Shown here: one piece after another, positions 35,525-44,116 of the stretch
Numbering within the stretch: position 1 is the first letter of the stretch
Layout of the letters: every line of letters begins with the position of its first letter
Virus record (IMG/VR): IMGVR_UViG_3300042147_000020
Span: 62,001-126,000 of that record
Direction: 5' to 3' (one strand)
Length of the DNA: 64,000 nt
Program-made: the position numbers and the translations under genes
The notes under the pieces: model-generated
The model's database searches: none
The model's input: the letters and a program-made list of their open reading frames with translations, nothing else
What the model was told of the DNA's origin: nothing

Positions 35525-35574
35525 ACCCTCCGGCTCACTTCGGTGGGTCGGTTTATGACGGCATAGAAGGGATG

Positions 35575-36125
35575 CTCGAGGGCCACTTAGGAAAGTCCAT
35601 AGATACACCCTCACGATCGGAGGAGTATCGTCACAATCCTGAAGAGTCCCTGCGGCTTCCATGATCTTCTATGTTTCTTACTGTTAAGTAGAACTGGCTT
35701 GTCGTACCCGTGATCGTCTTCCCTCCAACGCGTTAGGAGAGTACTGGCTCATTCGAGCACTACCTTAGATCCACACTGTTTTTGTGCTTACACCGTCGTG
35801 CTACTCCGGCCCCAAACTGAGGCTCTATCACATTGAAATGCTCGTGAACCTCTAAGCGCTATAAGGTGGCCAAGAGGTATGCTTACCCGGCCCTTTGCCG
35901 AGTGCATTACCACCGAACCACTTAAAGGTGATCTTAGAAAGGCGCAAGGCGTTTGATTGTGGTTTGCCGGAATCTCTCCCTATGTCGGGTATCAAACTGA
36001 ACACGAGCGTGTGCATCAGTCTGAAAAGAGCGAACTCTCTAACCCAACTAGAAATCCCCAACCAAAGCCAGTTCTTCAACTCTTCTGTCACGGTGTGCGC
36101 GTAAACCGTTGGCTTCAGGCTCAAG
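35575..36125 (-). ncRNA. Candidate large structured non-coding RNA (~550 nt)
   Basis: Nested long-range helices: 11 bp at 35690-35700/36065-36075 and 7 bp at 35641-35647/36079-36085. TATAAT at 36126-36131. No convincing ORF. Confidence 0.55.
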
Positions 36126-36135
36126 ATTATACTTT

Positions 36136-36474
36136 TCAGAAGTCCTCTATGCCAGACCACGTACCACGAACGTGCGGCTGTCGGTACTCCTCCAAGTTAC
36201 TACGCAGTAACTCAGGCCTGTGGTGCGCATGCCATCGCCGTTCTACTTCTACCACCGGGTCGTAGTCTAAGACCATCCCGGCTGTGAGTGAAGGCACAAT
36301 GGCACCGCAATCCAAGTGATTGAAAATTCCAGGGTCAACGCCAATGAAGATCCGTTGACGTGATTCAGCCTGGTATTCATCTTCCGTAACCACGTCAATG
36401 CCGTGGTCCACTAGAAGTCTCACTAAACCTAGTGCGCAACCGCCGAGGATCAAGATCTTTCGGCTGCTACTCAA
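36136..36474 (-). CDS. Hypothetical protein
   Basis: 112 aa, AAGGA RBS. Confidence 0.7.
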   Translation of the reverse strand: MSSSRKILILGGCALGLVRLLVDHGIDVVTEDEYQAESRQRIFIGVDPGIFNHLDCGAIVPSLTAGMVLDYDPVVEVERRWHAHHRPELLRSNLEEYRQPHVRGTWSGIEDF

Positions 36475-36486
36475 TAGACATCCTTA

Positions 36487-36678
36487 TCAGCCCAGCCCGA
36501 CACCAGAAGGACGGTTCTCGACCTGATGTTTCGCAGGATCGTAAACTACCTTCTCGTAACAGTTGTGCCAAGGTTTACCCAAACAGCAAGTGCAATGGAA
36601 CGGGGCTGCCACTGGATTGCTCAGGAGTTCAATGACTCCGCACTTGTCGCAAGCGTATTCCAGCAGCGTACCGCTCAT
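36487..36678 (-). CDS. Small Zn-ribbon protein
   Basis: CxxC (CDKC) and CxCC. Start overlaps the phuZ stop. Confidence 0.7.
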   Translation of the reverse strand: MSGTLLEYACDKCGVIELLSNPVAAPFHCTCCLGKPWHNCYEKVVYDPAKHQVENRPSGVGLG

Positions 36679-37640
36679 TACAACACCAGGCCGTCGTCAG
36701 TAGTGGCAGTGTCGCCCACCAGATCGACAGCAGCAGCACGGCCTTCACGACGACGAATGAAGTCGTCCAGAGTCTTCTGGAGTTTCTCGTAAGTAGCATC
36801 GAGATTCTCGGTGGACACTACGAGGTGAACTTCTTTGACGCCTTCGATAGCAGTCGTGAAGTAACCGGTGCACGGATATTCCGGGATCGGCTCTTCGAGA
36901 TGCTTCTGATCACGGTCGCTGTACAACGAAGCGATGGTGATCGGGTCCTTGATGACCTTGACGTCTTCCGGGTTGTAGAAGATGTCCAACATCGCCAGTT
37001 GTGCAGGCACGCTGGTCGAGTGGTTGAAACGCAACCAGTTGGCAACGTCTTTGGTATCCAGCTCGTCGTTCTGACGCGAAGTCAGGTAGCACAGGCTGGA
37101 GATGGCCAGGTTGATTTGACCGTCGACTACCGAACGAGTGCAGTCGCCGCCGTTGTGGCGGTAGTACATGACGATCGGGGTATCGACTTGCTTGGAGATG
37201 GCTGCCAGCGACTTGATGGTGTTCAAGGTGTTCTGTGCAGTGATGGTCGATTCCGAAGAACCAGCCAACAGCACAACTACCGAGTGACCGCGAGCTGCCA
37301 GTTCTTTTGCCAGCAACGGACCGATGACCGAACCCGAACCGCCGGACGCCGAGAAGACCACGATGTTGAAATCTTCGGGGGCTTGCTTCAGCAGGATTTG
37401 CTTGACCGCTGCGGAGATCTGCGCGTGGTTCTCTTTACGCACTTTACCGGAGCCATCAGTTTTGTCGAGGACGTAGATCGAGTCTTCGTTGGTGATACCG
37501 GCCAAGTTGGAACGGCTGGTGTCAATGAAGCTGACCAGAGGGGTCGCGAAGCCAGGAGCTGGCGGACGGTCGATGTAGGCCTTGACGATGTTCGTACCCA
37601 GACCACCACAGCCGTACAGACGCACTTTACCTTGTTCCAT
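36678..37640 (-). CDS. phuZ: PhuZ phage tubulin
   Basis: 320 aa. GCGGLG, tubulin signature SASGGSGS and C-terminal DDGLVL tail. Confidence 0.93.
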   Translation of the reverse strand: MEQGKVRLYGCGGLGTNIVKAYIDRPPAPGFATPLVSFIDTSRSNLAGITNEDSIYVLDKTDGSGKVRKENHAQISAAVKQILLKQAPEDFNIVVFSASGGSGSVIGPLLAKELAARGHSVVVLLAGSSESTITAQNTLNTIKSLAAISKQVDTPIVMYYRHNGGDCTRSVVDGQINLAISSLCYLTSRQNDELDTKDVANWLRFNHSTSVPAQLAMLDIFYNPEDVKVIKDPITIASLYSDRDQKHLEEPIPEYPCTGYFTTAIEGVKEVHLVVSTENLDATYEKLQKTLDDFIRRREGRAAAVDLVGDTATTDDGLVL

Positions 37641-37798
37641 GTTTTTAACTTCCTAGCTAATTCGATTAAGACGGGAGATATAGCAAGAGCGCATTACTCT
37701 CAATAGATACATCCCATATATCTTTTTTTACAGACGTACCGCCTATGGTGCGTTATTGAATGACCGCAGGGTCTTCTTTATTAACCCGGAGGTGCTAA

Positions 37799-38614
37799 GT
37801 GAATCCAATTCAGAAAGCAATCTCGGACGTGAAAGCGGCGATCCCTCGGGAGATCCTCGAACGAACGTTCATGAAACCTGATAACGTAGCTCTAGGGCAG
37901 CGTCAGAGTTTCACACCGACCTCCTTGGACTTCCGTATTCGTACGCTGGTCATTGAAGGTAACGTACTCCCCGACTGTAACTTGGTGGGTGGTACCGAAG
38001 TAACAATCCCGTTGGTAGAAGTGTTGCCACAGTGGATCTCTGACTACAACGTGTTGTACCGTATTCCGAAACACCTGACTCAGAACCGCAGCATCATGCG
38101 TCTGATTCACATGACCTTCGGTGACGGTGGTGTGGTCGGTAGTATGAACCTCGCTATCCAAGGTCGCTCTGCGATGATGGACGGGGCTCAAGGTGTACTG
38201 CAAGCTCACTTACCTATTCCGATCGTCTCTACGGCGAACATGGAACTGGTGGGTGAGAACACGGTACTGGTGAAAGACAACATCACGATGCCGGGCAACC
38301 CGTATCTGCGGTGTGTGATTGAGGGCGATACTGAACTCAACCACTTACAGCCAACCTCCTACCGTCACTTCAGCAAACTGGTGATCTTGGCGACTAAACA
38401 ATATATCTTCAACAACATGGCGGTTGCTACTGACCAAGCTGCGTTGTCGGGTGGTATGGCGTTGGGTCGGATTCGTGAAATCATTGACGGTTACTCGGAT
38501 GCTTACGAACAGTACGAGGAATACTTCGAGACTGTCTGGCGTAAAGTGGCTCTGTTCAACGATCCTGAAGCGAACAAGCGTCATCTGAAGTACATCACTG
38601 GGGGTCGCTGGTAA
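37799..38614 (+). CDS. Conserved putative virion structural protein
   Basis: 271 aa divergent from phuZ, TATG element upstream (~37744), GGAGG RBS. Confidence 0.6.
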   Translation: MNPIQKAISDVKAAIPREILERTFMKPDNVALGQRQSFTPTSLDFRIRTLVIEGNVLPDCNLVGGTEVTIPLVEVLPQWISDYNVLYRIPKHLTQNRSIMRLIHMTFGDGGVVGSMNLAIQGRSAMMDGAQGVLQAHLPIPIVSTANMELVGENTVLVKDNITMPGNPYLRCVIEGDTELNHLQPTSYRHFSKLVILATKQYIFNNMAVATDQAALSGGMALGRIREIIDGYSDAYEQYEEYFETVWRKVALFNDPEANKRHLKYITGGRW

Positions 38615-39366
38615 TGACCTACCAAGAAGGTAAGTACAGTACGTTCACCCACAACGGTAAGGAGTACCCTCTCGACCCGTTTCTGAAGCGTGCTGAGAAG
38701 CTCCACGCTAAGTCAGTTTCTATGGCGAAGCTGGAGTGGAACGTACAAACAGCACAGCCTGATCCGAAACGGGTGGCCACTGCTGACATCAATTACCCAA
38801 TCCTCTACACGATTGACCCTAAGTGGGGATACGTTGTAGTGGATGGCCTGCACCGTTTGACCAAAGCTTACCAAATGGGTAAGCGGTCGATCATGGGTAA
38901 AGAAATACCTCAAGAGTGGTTTGACGAGATAGGTACTGTTTCAATGGAAGACTCAAGCAATCCATCCTACACCGTTGGTCAGGTGACTCGTGAGCGAGCA
39001 TTCGACTGGCTCGCACAAAACCGTCAGCAACGCCCTGAGCCGCTGTTACAAGATTCCTATAGCTCAGGTGGTACTGGGGTGGATCGTGTGTACGCCTTCG
39101 CTTACCAAGGGGACGAGATCGTAGGTTACGCTAGCCTGTTGAATGGTCAGCGCTACCTGATCGACATGTACGTCCCTGAGTCACTGCGGGGTCAGGGTAT
39201 CGGTCGCCAACTGATCGACTCGCTGTTGGTGGATCTGGTGGTAGTTCGTAAAGATCAGGAAGACATCATTGCTTTCCTGAAGGCTACAGGCTTCTCGCTG
39301 GAGAACGACTTTGTTAATACCAAGGTCTATCGGAAGTATCATGGACCTAAAGTCCACGCTTACTGA
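38614..39366 (+). CDS. ParB-N-like / GNAT acetyltransferase two-domain protein
   Basis: VVVDGLHRL in the N half, MYVPESLRGQGIG (acetyl-CoA-binding motif A) in the C half, linker VSMED. Confidence 0.65.
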   Translation: MTYQEGKYSTFTHNGKEYPLDPFLKRAEKLHAKSVSMAKLEWNVQTAQPDPKRVATADINYPILYTIDPKWGYVVVDGLHRLTKAYQMGKRSIMGKEIPQEWFDEIGTVSMEDSSNPSYTVGQVTRERAFDWLAQNRQQRPEPLLQDSYSSGGTGVDRVYAFAYQGDEIVGYASLLNGQRYLIDMYVPESLRGQGIGRQLIDSLLVDLVVVRKDQEDIIAFLKATGFSLENDFVNTKVYRKYHGPKVHAY

Positions 39367-39407
39367 CGGCATAGAGAGAGGCTCCCCGCCTCTCTCTTTT
39401 ATGCGCT

Positions 39408-39761
39408 TTACGGATGACGGCGACTACGGAACCAGAACGGATCGTGTCCGGCGTACGGTTCGTGACCAGCAGTAGCGAACTCAAAGAAGCCCACACTGGT
39501 CTGCACTTTGATCGCAGCAGGGTCACGAGCATCAATCGACCATTCCACTTTACTGGTAGTGTTCTCGTAAGAGGCTCCTAGAGAGGCGTGGTGTTTACGA
39601 CCATATTCCATGATAGCGCCAGTGGCTTTGAGCTTCACAGGGTCTAACAGGCTGACTGTGTCCAGGTTACGAGTAGGACAACGGCCAATGCGACCAGTCA
39701 GGACAACAATCAATGCTTCGAATTGTTTCTGCTGATACGGTTGGGTGGGGGTTGGAGTCAT
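39408..39761 (-). CDS. Hypothetical protein
   Basis: 117 aa. Confidence 0.65.
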   Translation of the reverse strand: MTPTPTQPYQQKQFEALIVVLTGRIGRCPTRNLDTVSLLDPVKLKATGAIMEYGRKHHASLGASYENTTSKVEWSIDARDPAAIKVQTSVGFFEFATAGHEPYAGHDPFWFRSRRHP

Positions 39762-40149
39762 TCTAGGGCTTCTTAGCTAGTGGATGGATAGTGGCCTTTC
39801 ATAATCATGAAGCACTATCTGTATTTATTTAACGAAAATTCGGAATTTTTTATTTTTGTTAGTTCTAAAGCTCCTAGTGTAGACATTGACACGCAGTCTG
39901 GTCGTACTCGCGTACTAGCCTGCTGTAGTCTACTGGTGTAGCGTAAACTCCCTGCGGGAGAAAAAGGCTAGCATAGACTATGGAGTAGGCTATGCTAACG
40001 CAGCCACTCAATAAACAATATTGTTAAAGCTTCGCTTTGTGTTTATTGCCATCCCCCAAACCCCCTTCCACTACTGAAAAAACTTGTTACTACAAAAGAT
40101 ATAACAACCGAACTATTCTTTTACACAAGCAGGGGCTAAACCCCTGCGT

Positions 40150-40554
40150 TTACGTGTAGAAGTAATCAGTGGTGTCAACATCGAGGAATGTCACAGTCAC
40201 TTGGAACAACAACGACTTGAAGTCCTGAGGTGAGACTTGAAACAACTCCCCGTCTACCACAACGTAGTAGCTATCGTAGAACAACCGACGGAGCTGAGTA
40301 CAGATCTCTGAACGAGCGAGGAACACATTGGGACGAACCTTAATGTCATCCTTCATGCTTACACGTTTCAGGTAATCGTAGATATATAGGTGGATATTCT
40401 TACGACCTACCGCTTGGTCAACCCCCACCTCACGCAAAGCTGCAAATCCATCCACCGTACCCTCTAGGAAGCTCTCTAACGAACGTTCAGTCCGATTGAG
40501 TACAAGGCCTAAGGATTCAGCAAGAACCTCTCCAGTGTCTCTACAATCACTCAT
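40150..40554 (-). CDS. Hypothetical protein
   Basis: 134 aa. Confidence 0.7.
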   Translation of the reverse strand: MSDCRDTGEVLAESLGLVLNRTERSLESFLEGTVDGFAALREVGVDQAVGRKNIHLYIYDYLKRVSMKDDIKVRPNVFLARSEICTQLRRLFYDSYYVVVDGELFQVSPQDFKSLLFQVTVTFLDVDTTDYFYT

Positions 40555-40604
40555 CTAAAGCCCCCAGCATAATGAGGCCACCGGGATGGCAGCCTCAGAA
40601 TGAT

Positions 40605-41099
40605 TTAGATAGCACACGCAATGTAGAGCGCAGCGTCTTCCATACTTGCCACTACCACAGCACCGGAGTCGGTAAGCTGAGTATGTAAGCGAGAGTGATC
40701 AGGCCGTCCAACAGGCAACACCACCAAGGTGTCCTCAGGGTTAGCCATGGCCGCCGACGCCAGTTCTTCGTAAGCAGAGAAACCCGTCTGCTCTTCTGGC
40801 AACACAAACACCTTGGTAGCCGCACTGAGCTGACTCAGGACATCGGCAACAGCCGCCTCCTGTAGCTGTACGGTTTCCAGGGAAGGTTGAGCACCAGCGC
40901 TAACGTTCCAGACTTTAACTTCCTTGTGGCACTCCATGAGTACCGTTTCCCATTCACCGGACTGCACGCCACCGTAAATGATTACGTTGCGTTCGTTCTT
41001 GATCCCGTCAACGTCTGCCAACTCGTCATTAGGAGCGGCAACGTGATCTGGACTTTCATCAGCTTCGTCAGAAGCATCGAAGTAATCACTGAGAGACAT
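40605..41099 (-). CDS. Acidic hypothetical protein
   Basis: ~164 aa, AAGGAG RBS before ATG at 41099. Confidence 0.7.
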   Translation of the reverse strand: MSLSDYFDASDEADESPDHVAAPNDELADVDGIKNERNVIIYGGVQSGEWETVLMECHKEVKVWNVSAGAQPSLETVQLQEAAVADVLSQLSAATKVFVLPEEQTGFSAYEELASAAMANPEDTLVVLPVGRPDHSRLHTQLTDSGAVVVASMEDAALYIACAI

Positions 41100-41191
41100 C
41101 TTAGACTCCTTAAGTACAGTTGGTCTCATAACCTATATCGGAACAAAAAAAAGAAAGGGAGTGCAAACCCCCTTTTCTCTTTAGAACCACC

Positions 41192-41782
41192 TTACACCTT
41201 CTGGCGTAAGGCAGCTTTACCACGCACCACCTGAATGAACCCGCCATCGAGGGTCACAGACATGTGGGCTTCTTCGCAACGTTTGACGTTCTCAGTATTG
41301 AGTGTACCGCCTTGGTTGATCAGGCAACGGTGAATGCGTTCGCCCAGCAGCTTCAGCTCTTTGAGCGTAGGCTGTGCTTCTTTCGGGTACCCTTCTAACA
41401 AGTACACGTGTTCATAGAAGATACCGAAGTGACGAATCAAATCGCCAACAGGGTCTTCCACAATCGACTTTGGATCTGGCATGGTCGGGGTTCCTACATG
41501 TGCCCAGCGGTCCTTGAGTTCTTGTACGGCGAGCTTGGTGTTCTCTGGCCCCATCATCTCAGCCAGCGCTCGAGACATTCCATTCATGACACTTTCTTGA
41601 GTGAAGGTCACGTCCGGGTTGTCTTCGACGTATTGCTCAAAGAACGTCTTGGGTCGTTTGTAGCTATCTGTCAGTAGCGGTTCTTCGCCAGTGTAGTTGG
41701 GTGCAGCCATGAATGGGGTATCCATGATGCTGCTGAAGTCGCATTGGATTTCGTCTTCTGAGACGTGTGGCTGATTATTCAT
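41192..41782 (-). CDS. Hypothetical protein
   Basis: 196 aa, GGAG RBS. Confidence 0.75.
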   Translation of the reverse strand: MNNQPHVSEDEIQCDFSSIMDTPFMAAPNYTGEEPLLTDSYKRPKTFFEQYVEDNPDVTFTQESVMNGMSRALAEMMGPENTKLAVQELKDRWAHVGTPTMPDPKSIVEDPVGDLIRHFGIFYEHVYLLEGYPKEAQPTLKELKLLGERIHRCLINQGGTLNTENVKRCEEAHMSVTLDGGFIQVVRGKAALRQKV

Positions 41783-41855
41783 GCGGTAGTGCTCCAGTAA
41801 AAAAAGAAAACCACGAGAGCCCCGAAGGACTCCCGTAGCTATAAGAATCGACCAG

Positions 41856-42461
41856 TTAGATGGAGGACTCTTGGTTGTTGGCCAACTCGTTCATGGCACG
41901 AGCCACAATGTCATCGGCAGTTTCCACAGTCGCATCCGCCGCAGGCAGTGGCGAAGCGATCTGGTAGAGCGCTTGACGCAGTTCATCGGTCAGTTCCGCA
42001 CCCAGCGTACCGGGTACGTTGGTACCGTGCATCACGTTCAACAGGTCTTTGTCCACCGGGTCGATTTTGGTGTGACCGGTGAGTTCATCAACCTGTTCCC
42101 AGACGCGAGCCGTGAAGCCCGCCTCTTTCAGCTCGTGTTGCTCACACAACCCTGCGATCTTGGCGATCTCATGGTCGACCACGGCCAGAGCCGCTGGGTC
42201 GTTGTTATGATCGGCCTTTTTGTGGGCGTCGTGTAGAACCACGATTTCTTTAACGATCCGATCTTTCGGCCAGTTCTTCAACATGGTTTCCAAGACCGGA
42301 CCTGGTTGACTGCGTGGTACCACAGCCTCACGACGGACAGCTACAGGAACTGTCGAAGGCCGAGATTTAGGAGCGTTGTTTTGTGCGAAGATCGCCGAGA
42401 TGATTGCGTTGTTTTGGGCACGCATATTGGCGATGAGGTTGCTGCTACGTACTACTTGCAT
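41856..42461 (-). CDS. Hypothetical protein
   Basis: 201 aa, AAGGAG RBS. Confidence 0.75.
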   Translation of the reverse strand: MQVVRSSNLIANMRAQNNAIISAIFAQNNAPKSRPSTVPVAVRREAVVPRSQPGPVLETMLKNWPKDRIVKEIVVLHDAHKKADHNNDPAALAVVDHEIAKIAGLCEQHELKEAGFTARVWEQVDELTGHTKIDPVDKDLLNVMHGTNVPGTLGAELTDELRQALYQIASPLPAADATVETADDIVARAMNELANNQESSI

Positions 42462-42529
42462 GGTGACTCTCCTTAGAGCAAAAGGTTAAGTAGAGCCAAC
42501 ACTATTGTCGGCCCTACCAGTACAGGGTG

Positions 42530-43552
42530 TTACTTGCCGTCTACACGAGTCAGTTCCCACAGGATGTTGTGGTCGTAATCGTGGTAGGTTTTCAGGCGCT
42601 GTTCCATCGAGTGGTCGGCAAAGTTCAGATTACCGCCGACCGAGTTCACACTCAGGAACGGTTCATCGTGATCCAGCTCGATAGGATTGATGCAGAACAG
42701 TTTGCCGTCCAACAGGCAGACAACTTGTTCTTTGTAGCCAGGTACGCCGAACAGTGCCACGTGAGTAACCTGGATCATTGCTTCGAAGCGATGGGTGTCG
42801 CGGATGTTGCCACCAGCGGCTTTCACGGCTTCGATGATCTTGTGGTTACGTAGGTGACGGGACAGTTTGATAGGGCTCCAGTTCAAACGATCAGGAGTTG
42901 GCCATGGGTTAGCTTCAACCACCGGCTCATCTTGATCGAGACCCAAACCGTCTACACGGGTCAAGTCCCAGATCACGTTGCCGCTGAAGTCTTTGTAACC
43001 GGCCACGGCTTCTTCCACCGACATCGACACGGTGTCCATGGTGCCACCCACAGAGCAGGTGCTCAGGAACACTTTACCGTCTTCGCTGAGGCCGAGTTCG
43101 TTGACGCTGAAACGGTTATCGGTGTAGATAGCAATCACAGTTTCACGACCACCTTTCTCGCCGAAGCGAGCGATGTGCGACAGTTGGGTGAAGCTGTTAC
43201 CGGCGTGGGAGTCTTCTACAAAGCCATTGGCCATGGCCACGGCGATGAAGATCGCTTCGTTCTGGATAATGCGTTTAGACCGAATGCGCTCTTGGCGAGT
43301 TTCCATTGGCAGCCACAGAGGTTCCAGTTTAGCTGCGAACTCCGGAGAGGCCTCAGTATCAACCACCATTGCTTGGTCGCCCAACATGTAGACATTGTGG
43401 ATCAGACCTTTGTCGTCACGCACGTAAACCACAGGGGTGTTCAGGACATCGGATACAACGCAGTGTTCAACTACGTTGAGGTAATTCAGTTCGCGCATAG
43501 CAATGACGATGGCGTCAACTACAGCGTTTACAGCTTGAGTGGAGTTATTCAT
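42530..43552 (-). CDS. Early protein with an internally duplicated domain
   Basis: 340 aa. Two ~95-aa units, each ending SVGG...W(D/E)LTRVDG. Confidence 0.8.
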   Translation of the reverse strand: MNNSTQAVNAVVDAIVIAMRELNYLNVVEHCVVSDVLNTPVVYVRDDKGLIHNVYMLGDQAMVVDTEASPEFAAKLEPLWLPMETRQERIRSKRIIQNEAIFIAVAMANGFVEDSHAGNSFTQLSHIARFGEKGGRETVIAIYTDNRFSVNELGLSEDGKVFLSTCSVGGTMDTVSMSVEEAVAGYKDFSGNVIWDLTRVDGLGLDQDEPVVEANPWPTPDRLNWSPIKLSRHLRNHKIIEAVKAAGGNIRDTHRFEAMIQVTHVALFGVPGYKEQVVCLLDGKLFCINPIELDHDEPFLSVNSVGGNLNFADHSMEQRLKTYHDYDHNILWELTRVDGK

Positions 43553-43613
43553 GATGCGTTTCCTACTGAGGATTTGAGGTTAGTGAACGTGATATTGCTA
43601 TCCTATTCACCTG

Positions 43614-43631
43614 AGTAATATGTATCTGAGA
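43614..43631 (-). promoter_or_regulatory. Early promoter
   Basis: Minus strand TCTCAGATACATATTACT. Confidence 0.6.
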
Positions 43632-43641
43632 TTTTTTTAAT

Positions 43642-44001
43642 TCAAGTCCTAGGGTTGTAGTAAATATCCAGTACAAACTTCACCGGATCGTTCACACAAC
43701 TGGCCTTCAACATCAAGTAAAAATCAGGACACTGATCCAACCCTTCTTTTACTAGGTTACGCAACAATACACGCCGCAGCAAATAAGCACCCAAGGTACC
43801 TAAGTCACAAAGCTGTAACGCCAGATTGTATTTTCGTTCGAAGTCTTCTATCTCTAATACCACTTTAACGGCAACGGGATCAACATAACTACGACCTAAC
43901 ATCCGTAATAGGCCTAAGCGGATCTTTACATCTTCGTCAGCGTCAGCGATAACTGCAAGGGAATTAAACAACTGTCGAGTCTTTTCCTTTTGAACGACCA
44001 T
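43642..44001 (-). CDS. Hypothetical protein
   Basis: 119 aa, GAGG RBS. Confidence 0.6.
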   Translation of the reverse strand: MVVQKEKTRQLFNSLAVIADADEDVKIRLGLLRMLGRSYVDPVAVKVVLEIEDFERKYNLALQLCDLGTLGAYLLRRVLLRNLVKEGLDQCPDFYLMLKASCVNDPVKFVLDIYYNPRT

Positions 44002-44116
44002 GTTGGAACCTCACTTGAAGTGAAGGGGGTAATACTTGCACACAGGTAATATAGGTCCGAAATACTTTTTAATGAGCGGTATTTTGTGACTACAGTTACT
44101 CCTGAGGAACGACGGC

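Noticed and set aside
35589-35700. RNase P-like strings AGGAAAGTCC and AGTAGAACTGGCTT on the plus strand
   Set aside because: Only ~100 nt apart, too short for the catalytic core. The second string is better explained as one side of an 11-bp helix, and the promoter evidence favours the minus strand.
26860-36130. CRISPR array or solitary repeat (Racr) in the non-coding island
   Set aside because: No regularly spaced 25-40 nt repeats, and no recognisable type I-E or I-F repeat sequence.
35852-36160. 102-aa and 72-aa (35444..35662) minus-strand ORFs
   Set aside because: No RBS, atypical codon use, and overlap with neighbouring genes or terminators. The long-range helices fit an RNA better.
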